Counted from the stretch's first letter, positions 47,320 to 57,502 are shown. The stretch: 64,000 nt of DNA from Amaricoccus sp. (GCA_044223585.1 JBGALW010000001.1:7276-71275), one strand, 5' to 3'. Notes: generated by a model from the letters alone, not told the origin. Program-made: numbers and translations.

Positions 47320-48596
47320 CAGAACACCAGATCCCGATTGACGAAGATAGTGAGCCGGTCGCCTTGGTCGACATTAATCGTCGGCGGGATCCGCAGGTAG
47401 GCGTCGAGCGCCGAGCGCGAGGTGGATTCGAGATCGCCGCCCATGGCGTCGATCGCGTCGGCGACATCCTCGTCGGTCTGGTCATCGATCGCGAACTGCG
47501 GTCCGAGCGCGAAGATCGAGATCAGCGCGGCCGAGCCGAACCGCTCCCAGAAATGCGTATCGACATGCCCGGTCTGGCCGCTGCGCCCGAGCGCGTCGGC
47601 GCCGATGCCGCCGAGCGCGACGCTGGTGCCCGCCGGCGTCACCGCCCGGTTCCAGGCGATCAGCGCGCGGCGCTGCGCGATCTTCACGTTCGAGCTGTAG
47701 CTGCCGATCAGCCGGGTACCGCGGGGCAGGAGGGTGGTCGACCCGTCATAGGAGACGACGTCCTCGGTCAGCACCGCGCGGATCGCCCCGGGCAGGTCGG
47801 TGTTGATCGCGGTCTCCAGCACCCCCTCAAGGATCGTGCCCTGCACGATCGTCCGCGACGGATCGGCGAGCTGCTCGGCGCGCACGGTCTTGTGGGTCTG
47901 CTCGGCCGCCGCGGCGAGGAAGCCCTCGTTCTCGGAAAGCCGGCGCCCGCCGGCACCGCCGGCGGCGGTCTCGCCGCCGTTCACCCCGTCGATCACCACG
48001 CCGCTCGACGCGATCTGCGCCTTGTCGATCGCCTCTCGGCGCTTCTTCTCTTCTTCCATCCGCTTCCGCGCCTCGGCCGCGGCGGCCGCGCCGCCCGGGT
48101 CGATGCCGGCGGTGACCGGGTTCTGGGCGAGGAGCTGGCGCCGCACCTCCTCGCGGAGCTGCGCGGCGTTGGCGTCGAGCATCGCCTGCAGCTGCTCCGG
48201 GGTCAGGCCGCCCGGCTGCTCGGCCAGCGCCTTCAGGCGCGCCTCCATCTGGTCGAGCCGCAGCTGGTCCTCGGGGCTGAGTCCGTCTGCCTTCGGCTTC
48301 GCCACCGGCAGCTCGGTGGTGAGCGGAGCGGTGTCGACCGCCTCGCCGCGCGGCACCTCGGTCGAGATCCCCTCGGTAAAGGCGGCCGGCTGCTGCATGT
48401 CCTGGGGGCGCGAAGTCCCGAAGCCGAAGAGCGAGCGGACCTGCTGCGGGGCGAAGACCCAGAGCGAGCCAATCGCCAGCAGGACGAGGATCAGGATGCC
48501 GGCGGCGATGCGCGGCCCGCGGCCCGGGCCCTGCGGTGCCACGCGCCGGTTGATGCGCTCTCGGCGGTCGAGTTCTTCCTGGCTCCTCTCGGTCAT
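47319..48596 (-). CDS. virB10: T4SS core protein VirB10
   Basis: LETAINTDLPG, GTRLIG, VDTHFWERFG, IPPTINVDQG, FVNRDLVF. Confidence 0.95.
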   Translation of the reverse strand: MTERSQEELDRRERINRRVAPQGPGRGPRIAAGILILVLLAIGSLWVFAPQQVRSLFGFGTSRPQDMQQPAAFTEGISTEVPRGEAVDTAPLTTELPVAKPKADGLSPEDQLRLDQMEARLKALAEQPGGLTPEQLQAMLDANAAQLREEVRRQLLAQNPVTAGIDPGGAAAAAEARKRMEEEKKRREAIDKAQIASSGVVIDGVNGGETAAGGAGGRRLSENEGFLAAAAEQTHKTVRAEQLADPSRTIVQGTILEGVLETAINTDLPGAIRAVLTEDVVSYDGSTTLLPRGTRLIGSYSSNVKIAQRRALIAWNRAVTPAGTSVALGGIGADALGRSGQTGHVDTHFWERFGSAALISIFALGPQFAIDDQTDEDVADAIDAMGGDLESTSRSALDAYLRIPPTINVDQGDRLTIFVNRDLVF

Positions 48597-49432
48597 TTCG
48601 GGAGGCCGGGAATGGCGGAGGCAGGGGTCGCGGTGGCGGCGAGATAGCCGGTGCGCAGCGCCGTGGCGCGGCGCGCTCCCGGGACGGTCTTGATGACCCG
48701 CTGGTGCGCGACGCAGAGCTCGTCGCCGCCGATCCGGAGCGTCCAGCGATCCGAGGTGCCCATGACGACGGCGCCGGTCTCGGTCTCGCGGATGTTGATG
48801 ATGCTCTCGCGGCCCTGCTCGTCGACGCGGAAGATCGCCGGCCGAGGCGCATCGCGCGGGAACTCGAAGGTGGTGCGGCGGCCATCGTCATAGACCGCGA
48901 CCGGGCGGAACTTGGTCCCGGCGCCGGCGACATAGTAGTTCGGATCGCGCGGCCGCGTCTGGTCGACTCGGGCACTCGCCACCTTCGCCCGCTCACGTTC
49001 GGGGTATCGGAAACCGATCCGGTAGTTGAGCGTCGAGGAGCCGGCCGGGATCGGCACGGCGCGGAGCTCGAAGGTGTAGGTGTTCTGCGAGGTGTAGACG
49101 GTCATGTTGGTGCGGGCGCCGGCGATCAGCGGCTTCACCGCCAGGACGTTGCCGCTCTGCAGGCGGATGACCTGCCAGCTCTCGCTGTCGCCCATCAGCA
49201 CGCTGTCGATCGCCTCGCCGGGAGCGAACTCGATCGAGGTGATGATCTTCATCGCCAGATCAAGCCGGTACACGGTATCCTTCGAGTAGGTGTACTGCTT
49301 GATCCGTGGGTCCGCGCCGATCGAGCGCGGCGAGGTCTCGGCCGAGGCCGGCGTGGCGCCGAGGAGCGCGAGGGCAAGGAAGCTCGCGGCGGTGAGGCGG
49401 CCCGGGTTCGTGAGCGTGCGCATGTCGGTCAT
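48593..49432 (-). CDS. virB9: T4SS outer-membrane core protein VirB9
   Basis: Signal peptide; DPRI, GDSESW, TNMTVYT, VYDDGRRT. Confidence 0.92.
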   Translation of the reverse strand: MTDMRTLTNPGRLTAASFLALALLGATPASAETSPRSIGADPRIKQYTYSKDTVYRLDLAMKIITSIEFAPGEAIDSVLMGDSESWQVIRLQSGNVLAVKPLIAGARTNMTVYTSQNTYTFELRAVPIPAGSSTLNYRIGFRYPERERAKVASARVDQTRPRDPNYYVAGAGTKFRPVAVYDDGRRTTFEFPRDAPRPAIFRVDEQGRESIINIRETETGAVVMGTSDRWTLRIGGDELCVAHQRVIKTVPGARRATALRTGYLAATATPASAIPGLPK

Positions 49433-50106
49433 CCCTTCCCGGTGCTGGCGTCGAGGGTCTCGGCGTCGATGCGATAGCTCGTCACGGTGAAGCCGAGCGG
49501 GTTCTTCCATACCGCCTCGAGCGTGCGCTCAACCCGCGGCTGGAAGGCGAAGCCGACGGTGGCGACGAAGGCGCGGACGACCGGCTGCATGCCCGGCTGC
49601 TCGAGTTGCCGTGTGAAGCGCACCTGGGCCGTGGTGTCGTTCAGGACCGCAATCGAGCGCACCTTCACCCTGATCAGGCTGTCCTCGCCGTAGAGCGCCG
49701 GCGGGTACTGGTCGGAGGCCTGGGCCCAGAGCGCGCGCAGCGACGTCGCCGCCTGGCCCTGCGAGGTGGCGAGGACGGCGGGGATGCGCTCGCGGTTGTC
49801 GGCGGTGTCGTAGGTCTCGCGCTCGGTGACGTAGCGGACGAGCTCGGCCTGGCGCACCGCGTCGGTCTCGGCGAGATCGGCAGGCCGCGTCGAGACCACG
49901 AGCTCGGACTCGCCGGTCTGGCGGTCGACCATGACGACGTAGGGGCGGATTTCCTTCAGCGGCAGCAGGGCGACCATCGCCCCGACCGCGCAGAGCGCCG
50001 TCGCGAGCGACAGGGCCGCCATCCAGCCGAAGAGCGCCGCACGACGCTGCAGGCCGAAGAAGACTTCGTCCTCGAACCGGTGCACGGTGTCGGTCCTCTG
50101 GGACAT
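49429..50106 (-). CDS. virB8: T4SS protein VirB8
   Basis: One TM helix; PYVVMVDRQTGE, YVTERETYD, NPLGFTVTSY. Confidence 0.92.
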   Translation of the reverse strand: MSQRTDTVHRFEDEVFFGLQRRAALFGWMAALSLATALCAVGAMVALLPLKEIRPYVVMVDRQTGESELVVSTRPADLAETDAVRQAELVRYVTERETYDTADNRERIPAVLATSQGQAATSLRALWAQASDQYPPALYGEDSLIRVKVRSIAVLNDTTAQVRFTRQLEQPGMQPVVRAFVATVGFAFQPRVERTLEAVWKNPLGFTVTSYRIDAETLDASTGKG

Positions 50107-50181
50107 GGGCTGACGGACTCCTTGTCGATGGCGCCGCGACGGATGGGGCGCGCGAGAGATGATCGGGATCGGGGATCGCCC

Positions 50182-51375
50182 TTAGCCGGGCGGTGCCTTG
50201 CTCTTGTCCGAAGCTTGGCGCTCGCCGCCTCGGGCCGCGGCGCGCTGACGCCGCCGCTCGCGGGAGAATTGCAACATGCCGGCTTGGCCGGCCTCGAAAT
50301 CCACCCCGAGATCGGTGCGGCGTCCCATGGTCGCCATCCGCGTCTGGGTGCGCTCGCGCGCCTTCTTCCGGGCCTCGTAGTTCTGCACCAGTTCCTGCGC
50401 GCCGGCGCGGGCCCGGTCGCCCATGCCGCCCTCGGCCGCGCGGGCGGCGCCGACGGCGGAGGAGACCGCCGCGACCGTCGGGTGCGCGGTCCGCGCCACC
50501 GCCTTGATCGCGCCGCCGGTCATCGCCGCGCCGCCGGCCATCTGGCGCGCCTCGCGGACGCCGCTCGCGGTGGCGACGACCGTGCCGGCGAGCCCGTTCA
50601 CCATCGTCGGCACCTGCGACATCAGGAAGATCGCTGCGAGCGCAACAATCAGAAATGGGGCGGCGTCCGTCAGAGTCGCGGCCCCATCGATGCTTGCGAT
50701 GAGATCGCCACCTATCCGAACGATCGCACCCATGACGCCAGCGAGTACGAGTGGGATAAGGGCAAAACCCAAGGTGAACTTCGCCCAGCTCGCAAAGAGA
50801 TCGCTCGTGCCCCGGAAGAGCAGGCTGGCGATGAAAATCGGAGCCAGCGACACCGCCATGGCAAGGCCGATCTTGGCGATCCCCGCGACGAGGATCGCCA
50901 CGCATGCCATCAGCGACCCGGCGATCGCCAGGATGATCGAGAGAAGGCTGATCGAGAAGAAGCCGCTCTCGTCAGCGGCACGATCGGAAAAGTCGAAGAT
51001 CGACGTCACCATCAGATCCAGAGACTGGTTCAGCGAGGTTGCCCCTGAGACGTCAAGCAGCGCCGCCCCGATCGAGCTCGGGACGTTGGTGAGCATGTCG
51101 TAGAAGGGGAGGAACTGGCTCCAGGACGTGGCGACGGCCAGGATGATCAGATAGCGCACGCCCCACTTGGCGAAGTCGGTCACCCGCAGCGGCACCCATT
51201 GCATCATGATGTTAATGCCGAGGAAGGCGAGCGCCACCACCCCGCCGAGCCGAATAGTCGCGCTGACCGGCCCGCCAAAATCGGTGAACACGCTCTGAGC
51301 ATAGTTCCCGACGGTCATGTCGATCATATCGAGCGTGTCTTGAATGTAGGTAGCCAACTCCGCGAGCCTTCCCAA
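50182..51375 (-). CDS. virB6: T4SS protein VirB6 with a charged C-terminal extension (start uncertain, possibly TTG51357)
   Basis: Polytopic; LAPIFIASLLFRGTSDLFASW. Confidence 0.88.
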   Translation of the reverse strand: MGRLAELATYIQDTLDMIDMTVGNYAQSVFTDFGGPVSATIRLGGVVALAFLGINIMMQWVPLRVTDFAKWGVRYLIILAVATSWSQFLPFYDMLTNVPSSIGAALLDVSGATSLNQSLDLMVTSIFDFSDRAADESGFFSISLLSIILAIAGSLMACVAILVAGIAKIGLAMAVSLAPIFIASLLFRGTSDLFASWAKFTLGFALIPLVLAGVMGAIVRIGGDLIASIDGAATLTDAAPFLIVALAAIFLMSQVPTMVNGLAGTVVATASGVREARQMAGGAAMTGGAIKAVARTAHPTVAAVSSAVGAARAAEGGMGDRARAGAQELVQNYEARKKARERTQTRMATMGRRTDLGVDFEAGQAGMLQFSRERRRQRAAARGGERQASDKSKAPPG

Positions 51376-51382
51376 ATCAGCC

Positions 51383-51793
51383 CTATTTCACGGCACCGAC
51401 ACCGCGGCAGTAGGTCATGGCTTCGAGGTAGCCGGTGCCCTTCGCCACCTCGGCGGTGTAGGCGTCGGCGAGCTGCTGGTTGCTGCCTCCGAAGTAGTCC
51501 GGCGGAATGGAGCCCTTGATCTGGGTCCAGTCCCGCTTTCCATTCAGACAGGAGATCGTCACAGGGTTGCCAGCGGCGTAGGCCGAGCAAAGGCGCCGCG
51601 CCTCTCGGGCATCCCACCGCTGGACGTACTGGTTGACGATGCTGATGAAGGCCGAGCTTCCACCGACCTCGGCCCTGATTTCCTTCATGGTCCCGAAGCC
51701 GTCCTTGCACACGAAGGAACCTCCGGCCGCCTGTGCTCCGCCGGCCGTCATCAGGATCACAACGGTCATCGCCGCGCCCAGCTGCGTCTTCAT
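51383..51793 (-). CDS. Secreted four-cysteine hypothetical protein between virB5 and virB6
   Basis: Signal peptide ending AQA; ATGA overlap with the virB5 stop. Confidence 0.75.
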   Translation of the reverse strand: MKTQLGAAMTVVILMTAGGAQAAGGSFVCKDGFGTMKEIRAEVGGSSAFISIVNQYVQRWDAREARRLCSAYAAGNPVTISCLNGKRDWTQIKGSIPPDYFGGSNQQLADAYTAEVAKGTGYLEAMTYCRGVGAVK

Positions 51794-52509
51794 GGTGTCG
51801 CTCCTCCTGCCGTTCCGCCGACCTTCATGAACTCGCGCGAGGCCATCTGCTCGCGGGTGAGGAACAGCGCCTGCGCGCCGGTGGCGTTGGCTTGCGCCGA
51901 GAGCACCCGCAGAAGCTCGTTCATCATCTGCGCCTGCTCGATCTGGACCCGGGTGTTGAAATCGATCGCCGCCTTGACGTCGGTGTTGGCGTCGATCCGC
52001 GGCACCAGCTGGTTGACCCGCGCCATCGCGTCGTTGGCGCGTATGTAGCTGTCCTCGCCGGTCGCCATCGCCGCGAGCGACGAGCCGCCGAGGTTTGCCA
52101 GGGCCCGGTACTGGACGATGTCGGATCCGGCATAGGAGCCGAGTAGGTCGAGCTGGTAGTTGCCCTTCAGTCGCTCGATGGCCGACGCGAGCCGCGCGGT
52201 ATTGCCGAGGATCGGGCTGCCGGTGATCGCCCCGTCGACGATGCCGGTCAGGTTGGTTGCCGCCGCCCGCGCCGCGATGTCCTCGGGCGCGTTCAGGAAG
52301 GCGCCGATGCCGCGGGCGCCGGTCAGGCTTTCGAGCTGGGTCTTCATCGTCGCGAGCTGCTCGGCCTGGGTGGCGATCTGCTCGATCAGCTTCGCGACGC
52401 TGGTCGCGTCAAAGACCGGCACGCCCTGCGCCGCGGCGCGGTCGACCGGGGCCGCGAGAAGAGCGAGGCCGAGGGCGAGCGTGGCCGCCTTCCGGATCCG
52501 CGCCGTCAT
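51790..52509 (-). CDS. virB5: T4SS minor pilin VirB5
   Basis: AQGVPVFDA, SLTGARG, DVKAAIDFNTRVQIE. Confidence 0.9.
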   Translation of the reverse strand: MTARIRKAATLALGLALLAAPVDRAAAQGVPVFDATSVAKLIEQIATQAEQLATMKTQLESLTGARGIGAFLNAPEDIAARAAATNLTGIVDGAITGSPILGNTARLASAIERLKGNYQLDLLGSYAGSDIVQYRALANLGGSSLAAMATGEDSYIRANDAMARVNQLVPRIDANTDVKAAIDFNTRVQIEQAQMMNELLRVLSAQANATGAQALFLTREQMASREFMKVGGTAGGATP

Positions 52510-52640
52510 GCCGGCACCGCGGCGTCGCCGATCGGCGCCCAGTTGCAGACGCAGGGGCTGGTCTTGTCGGTGTAGCCGGCGCAGCCGGCAAGCACGCCGG
52601 CGGCAAGCGCGATCCAGAGCCACCTCAATCTCGGGCGCAT
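52506..52640 (-). CDS. Small lipoprotein, VirB7-like (44 aa)
   Basis: Lipobox LAGC; SPCVCNW; overlaps both neighbours. Confidence 0.7.
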   Translation of the reverse strand: MRPRLRWLWIALAAGVLAGCAGYTDKTSPCVCNWAPIGDAAVPA

Positions 52641-54997
52641 CAGGCAATCTCCTTCCAGAAGTCGGGGCGCTCGCGCCAGCCCTCGGGCGCCCACTCGCCG
52701 GCGCCGCCGCCGAGCACCTTCACCAGGGGCCCGAGGGTGCGAAGGTCCATGTCGACGATGGCGCTGGTGCCGCCCGAGCGGATCAGCGCCAGCCGCGCCT
52801 CGAGCGCACTGACGCAGGCGAAGTCGAGCTCGCGGTCGCTGAGCGCCAGGGGTGCGAGCTCCTCGGCGGTGTTGCGCGAGTTCGGGTAGAGGATCGTCGT
52901 CACCGCCGACTCGAGGATCGAGCCGCCGGCCTTGCTCTCGCGGATGTGGGCGACGCGCTGGGTCAGCAGCACCACCGCGACGTTCTTCTTCCTCATCGTG
53001 AGCATCCAGTCCTTCAGCCGGCGCTCGAAGTAGGGGTCGTCGAGGAGCTTCCAGGCCTCGTCGAGGACGAGGAGCGTCGGCCGGCTGTCCTCGACGGTCC
53101 GCTCGATGCGGCGGAAGACGTAGGAGAGCCAGGCGGTGCGAACCGCGTCGGTGTCGAAGATCTCGGTGAGGTCGAAGCCCGTCACGGGGTTGTCGAAAGA
53201 GAGGCTGTCGACGCCGTCGCCGGAGAAGAGCCAGCCGAAGCTGCCGTCCGCGTCCCAGTCGCCCATGCGGTCGTAGAGCGCGCCGTCGTCGTCAACCGAG
53301 CGGAACTGCCGACGGAACGACGCGAGCGTGCGCAAGCCCGGGTCGGTCTCGGCGTTCGCCGCCACCGCCTGGGTGAGGGCCTGGCTCTGGATCGCGGTCA
53401 GCGGGCCCTCGCGGGAGAGCATCGCCGAGAGCCAGTCGGCGAGCCAGGCCCGGCCGCGGTCGTCGGTCTCGGCGGCGAAGGGATTGAAGCCGGTCGCCTC
53501 GCCGAGCCGCACGGCGCCATAGGCGCCGCCCATGGCGCGGACCGGCATCTCCAGGCCGCGATCCTTGTCGAAGACGATGACGCGGGCGCCGGTCCGTCGC
53601 GCCTGCGCGATCAGGAAGGCGGTGCCGAGGGTCTTGCCCGAACCGGTCTGGCCGAGCACCAGCGTGTGGCCGACGGTGCGCTCGCCGGCTTTGCCGCCGA
53701 GATGGAAGTTGAAGCGGTAAGCGCTTGAGGAGACGGTCGGAAGGATCGTCACCGCCTCGCCCCACGGCGTCTCAGGCTGCCTGAGGCCTCCGGGCGCGGC
53801 GTGGAGCGCGGTGAAGTGGGCGAAGTTCCGCGACGAGACCATCGCCGCCCGGGCACGATAGCCATGGTTGCCGGGATGCTGGGCGAACCAGGTCGCGCGG
53901 GCGCCGATGTCCTCGCGGACCAGCACGCAACCGGCACACTGTCCGGAGGCCCGAACCTGCGCGGCCGCCTCGTCGAGCTCCTCCTCGTCGCGCGCAAAGA
54001 CCGCGATCGAGGCATGGTGCAGCCCGAAGGAGATGCGGCCCGAGGCGAGATCGTCGGCGGCGTCGATCAGCTGGCCGCGGAGCGACGCCGCGGCGTCGTC
54101 GGCCGCCCCCATCTGACGCACGGTGCGCCGGATCCGCGCCAGCGCCTCGAACTGCTCAATCGGCGTGAAGCTGTGGGTGACGACGCTGTCGAAGTCGAGG
54201 TCGAAGTGGTCGAAGATCCCAGGGGCCGTCGAGGGCGGATAGGCCTTGAGCGAGAAGACCGCGCCGAAGCGCATGTCCATCGTGGAGGCGCCGGGCACGA
54301 CGAAGCGGTCGCCCTCGAAGCGGACGCTCGAGCCGGCGACGAGGTTCGCCACCGGCTCGAAGCTCCGGGGCAGGGGGGTCGGCTCGAAGCGCCCGGTGAC
54401 GAGCGTCCTGAGGAGCCCGAGCCAGCGCCCGTCGCCGACCGTCAGCCGCTCCGGGCCGGCGACGCCGAGTGTCTCCATCAGGTAGGAGACCGCCTCATCC
54501 AACCGCTCGATCCGGCGGGCGAGGTGATCGCGCTGCGCCGTCGCACCCGCGCCGAAGAGCCGGGTCGAGAGCCCGAGGATCTTCCGCGGCCGCAGCACCA
54601 CGGTCATGAACGAGCGGCGCTCGCGGAGCTCCATGGCGGCGAGCGCCGCCTGCCAGCGGCGGTCGACCTCGAAGGCGAAGGGGTCGGCGTCGAGCGGGGT
54701 GCTGAGCCGCGCGTCGGCGATGAAGGAGACGCGGTGAAGATGGAAGCCGAGGTCGGGGGTCGCCTGGGCGACCACCGCCTGCACCGCATCCGCCACGTCG
54801 CCGACGAGCACGCTCTCGGCGGTGGCGGCGCCGATCCCGTCGACCGCGAAGGTCGCCATGATCTCGCCGTCGCGCAGCATCAGCACGTCGTCGGTCAGCG
54901 CGGCGACGTAGGGCAGATGCCGGATTAGCACCGCGTCGTCGGCGCGCTCCTTGGGCTCGAGGCGCCGGCGCGCGAGGCTCTTCACGCTCTCAAGCAC
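52640..54997 (-). CDS. virB4: T4SS ATPase VirB4
   Basis: GHTLVLGQTGSGKT, FDKDRG, LDEAW, MRKKN. Confidence 0.95.
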   Translation of the reverse strand: MLESVKSLARRRLEPKERADDAVLIRHLPYVAALTDDVLMLRDGEIMATFAVDGIGAATAESVLVGDVADAVQAVVAQATPDLGFHLHRVSFIADARLSTPLDADPFAFEVDRRWQAALAAMELRERRSFMTVVLRPRKILGLSTRLFGAGATAQRDHLARRIERLDEAVSYLMETLGVAGPERLTVGDGRWLGLLRTLVTGRFEPTPLPRSFEPVANLVAGSSVRFEGDRFVVPGASTMDMRFGAVFSLKAYPPSTAPGIFDHFDLDFDSVVTHSFTPIEQFEALARIRRTVRQMGAADDAAASLRGQLIDAADDLASGRISFGLHHASIAVFARDEEELDEAAAQVRASGQCAGCVLVREDIGARATWFAQHPGNHGYRARAAMVSSRNFAHFTALHAAPGGLRQPETPWGEAVTILPTVSSSAYRFNFHLGGKAGERTVGHTLVLGQTGSGKTLGTAFLIAQARRTGARVIVFDKDRGLEMPVRAMGGAYGAVRLGEATGFNPFAAETDDRGRAWLADWLSAMLSREGPLTAIQSQALTQAVAANAETDPGLRTLASFRRQFRSVDDDGALYDRMGDWDADGSFGWLFSGDGVDSLSFDNPVTGFDLTEIFDTDAVRTAWLSYVFRRIERTVEDSRPTLLVLDEAWKLLDDPYFERRLKDWMLTMRKKNVAVVLLTQRVAHIRESKAGGSILESAVTTILYPNSRNTAEELAPLALSDRELDFACVSALEARLALIRSGGTSAIVDMDLRTLGPLVKVLGGGAGEWAPEGWRERPDFWKEIA

Positions 54998-55271
54998 GGT
55001 AGACGACCCCCTTGCCGCGCAGCCAGGCGGCCGGCAGCGGCGTGCGCCGGAGGCTGGTCAGGATCACGTCGAAGACCCGCGGGTCCCAGGCGGCGAGCGC
55101 CCGGAGTGCCGCGTAGCCGACGACCGCGCTGGCGGCGAACCAGACGAAGGAGAGCGTGGCGATGAAGCCGCCCATCACCGTCATCGCCAGGATGACGACA
55201 TAGGTGAGGGGCAGGCCCGCCATGGAGACGGGCCTGGTCAGCGCCTGGAAGCAGGGCGCGGAATTGCTCAC
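54990..55271 (-). CDS. virB3: T4SS protein VirB3
   Basis: FQALTRPVSMAGLP, two TM helices, WDPRVFD. Confidence 0.88.
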   Translation of the reverse strand: MSNSAPCFQALTRPVSMAGLPLTYVVILAMTVMGGFIATLSFVWFAASAVVGYAALRALAAWDPRVFDVILTSLRRTPLPAAWLRGKGVVYRA

Positions 55272-55612
55272 GCGAAGCCGCCGAGGATCGTCGCGGCGCC
55301 GAAGAGGATGACGAGGCCGACGCAGATCGAGACGGCGAAGCCCATGTTCATCCGGCCGAAGAGGAACATGACGCCGACGGCGGCGAGGGCGACGAGGCCG
55401 ATGGCCCGGCCGGTGGTGCCGGTCAGCGCCGCGCCGAGGGTCGCGAAGAAGGTGTCGATCGGCGAGAGGTCCTGCGCCATCGCCGGGCCGCCGAGGATCA
55501 GTGTGGCGGCGAGAAGCGCGAGCAGCAGCCAGGCGAGCTGCGTGCCGCCGGGCGCGACCGCGGGGAGCCGGAGCCCGACCATCTTCCGGGTGAGGAGCAT
55601 CATCTTTTCCAT
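55268..55612 (-). CDS. virB2: T4SS major pilin VirB2
   Basis: Long leader, PAMAQ cleavage site, two hydrophobic helices, ILFGA. Confidence 0.88.
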   Translation of the reverse strand: MEKMMLLTRKMVGLRLPAVAPGGTQLAWLLLALLAATLILGGPAMAQDLSPIDTFFATLGAALTGTTGRAIGLVALAAVGVMFLFGRMNMGFAVSICVGLVILFGAATILGGFA

Positions 55613-56379
55613 TCGAGCACGGTTCCTTGTGCAGGGGCTGCGAGAGAGGCGGGCTCGAGGACGCCGACGTCGTCGTCGAGGGCGCTGGGGTCGTCGAGGT
55701 TGGTGGTGGTGGCGATCGCGTGCACCGGCGCCGGGCGGCCGGCCTTGGGGTGCGACACGCCGGCGAGCTCGGCCGCGGCGGTGATCCGGGCGACGTAGTC
55801 GCGGGTCTCGCGGTACGGCGGGATGCCGTGGAACTGCTCGACCCGTTGCGGCCCGGCATTGTAGGCGGCGAGCGCCAGGTCGACCCGGCCGAACGCGGCG
55901 AGCTGCGCGGTCAGGTAGCGCGCCGCCCCGTGCAGGTTCGCCATCGGCTCGCCGGCGTCGACGCCGAGCAGCTCTGCTGTCTCCGGCATCAGCTGGCCGA
56001 GGCCGCGCGCGCCTTTCGGCGACAGCGCCGCTGGATTGAACCGCGACTCCTGGTCGATCAGCGCGACGAAGAGCCGGACGAAATCCTCCGTGTCGAGACC
56101 GGCGCCAGCGACCGCCGGATCGGCCGCGTAGACCTCGGCGACACCCTCGGCCATCGGCCGGTAGACGGCGCTGTCGGCGTTCCGGGTGGACACCGAAACC
56201 GGCGTACCCGCACCTCCACCGAAAACGTTCTCATCATAATAGCTATTATCGGCGCTATATGTATCGGGCGAGACGAGGATGTTCCCCTGTCTGTCGAACT
56301 CCCAAACGTCGGCCCGAGCCGACCCTCCGGAGAGAAGAAACGAGGCGCAAAAGCCGACGAGGAGCTGCCGCGTCTTCAT
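55600..56379 (-). CDS. virB1: VirB1-like lytic transglycosylase
   Basis: QESRFNP, SPKGARGLGQLMP, LAAYNAG, ETRDYV. Confidence 0.9.
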   Translation of the reverse strand: MKTRQLLVGFCASFLLSGGSARADVWEFDRQGNILVSPDTYSADNSYYDENVFGGGAGTPVSVSTRNADSAVYRPMAEGVAEVYAADPAVAGAGLDTEDFVRLFVALIDQESRFNPAALSPKGARGLGQLMPETAELLGVDAGEPMANLHGAARYLTAQLAAFGRVDLALAAYNAGPQRVEQFHGIPPYRETRDYVARITAAAELAGVSHPKAGRPAPVHAIATTTNLDDPSALDDDVGVLEPASLAAPAQGTVLEWKR

Positions 56380-56795
56380 TAGCCGAACCACAGCATGTTG
56401 GCGATGAAGACGAGCGCAAGAACGACGGCGGTCGGCGCCAGCGGATACCAGAAGAACGCCGCGACGATGATCGCCGCCGGCGCCAGCAGCACCCACATCG
56501 GATGCGCCCAGACCACCTCGCGGCCGGTCGCGAGCAGCACCGCGAAGAGCAGCGCCGTCCCCATCAGAAGCCGCGGCAACCCGACCTGGTCCCAGTGCCA
56601 CCACAGCGCCGTACAGGCCGCCAGGGCAGCATAGAACGCGACGACCCAAAGAGCTGACCGCGAAATAGGCAAATGACGCAACTTGCGCGCGAGGTTTTTG
56701 TTGCGTTTGTCGCGGTGGTTTCTACGGCGCACCTTGAGTTCGGCGGTCGCCTCGGAAAGATCGACGACCCGCGGGTCTGCGAACCGCCCGCTCAC
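56379..56795 (-). CDS. Hypothetical membrane protein at the head of the virB operon
   Basis: Basic N-terminus and several hydrophobic segments; TAATG overlap with virB1. Confidence 0.65.
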   Translation of the reverse strand: MSGRFADPRVVDLSEATAELKVRRRNHRDKRNKNLARKLRHLPISRSALWVVAFYAALAACTALWWHWDQVGLPRLLMGTALLFAVLLATGREVVWAHPMWVLLAPAAIIVAAFFWYPLAPTAVVLALVFIANMLWFG

Positions 56796-56846
56796 AGCCC
56801 GGCCGCCCTGTGGATAAGCGGATTAGGACTGAAACCCGATTCGGGC

Positions 56847-57125
56847 TTACTTGTTACCGCTTTTAAGTATTGGAACTGTAACCTCAATCGCCTCTGGGTA
56901 GATGTCTTGCCAGTAGGCAACGACGGCGTCGGCTGATTTGAATATTCTCGGCTTTCCTGTCTTGGAGAGCATGACTTTACGTTCCACACCATCTGGCAGG
57001 ATACCGTAAAGCTCCCAACACATGCGCCCATCTTCATCCCGGATCGGGGAGAAGCGGAGAGAGCCTCCATCCTGTTCAACAAACGAGCGTACATAGTTCG
57101 ATACGAGTTGCTGGCTGCTATCCAT
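56847..57125 (-). CDS. Hypothetical protein (92 aa), possible small regulator
   Basis: MDSSQQ...KTGKPRIFKSADAVVAYW; more AT-rich than flanking DNA. Confidence 0.6.
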   Translation of the reverse strand: MDSSQQLVSNYVRSFVEQDGGSLRFSPIRDEDGRMCWELYGILPDGVERKVMLSKTGKPRIFKSADAVVAYWQDIYPEAIEVTVPILKSGNK

Positions 57126-57442
57126 TTGTCTGGCTCTCGACTGGTGATCGAGAAGCCGTAGGCGAAAAGTCGCCGAATTCCAAGCAGGACCGTAACCGCC
57201 TTTCGCGCCATATGTCAAGTGGCGCAAAACAGAAAATAGCTCCAAAATCATTTTTGATATGGCGCTCGATGGCACGTCGCGCCAAAACTGATTCCGCGCC
57301 GCCAGGCTGGAGTCGCCACAGGGCGATGTCCAGCCATCGCGGTTAGCTATCGCCGCTACCACAAGATGGAGGAGAGGTTAACAGCTAAGGGTTGAGCAAC
57401 GGGGTAGCCGCTGTAACCGCGGCGACAAATCGCCCTCGGCCC

Positions 57443-57502
57443 AAAAAGAAACCCTCGGAGGCACGAGGTCCACCGAGGGTCGCTAGCCCAACAAGTCTGT
57501 CA
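57443..57502 (-). ncRNA. Putative counter-transcribed antisense RNA (ctRNA) controlling repC
   Basis: Minus-strand TTGCCT-N17-TAGCCT promoter (~57509-57537), then hairpin ACCCTCGG...CCGAGGGT with a TTCTTTTT tail, upstream of repC. Confidence 0.55.
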
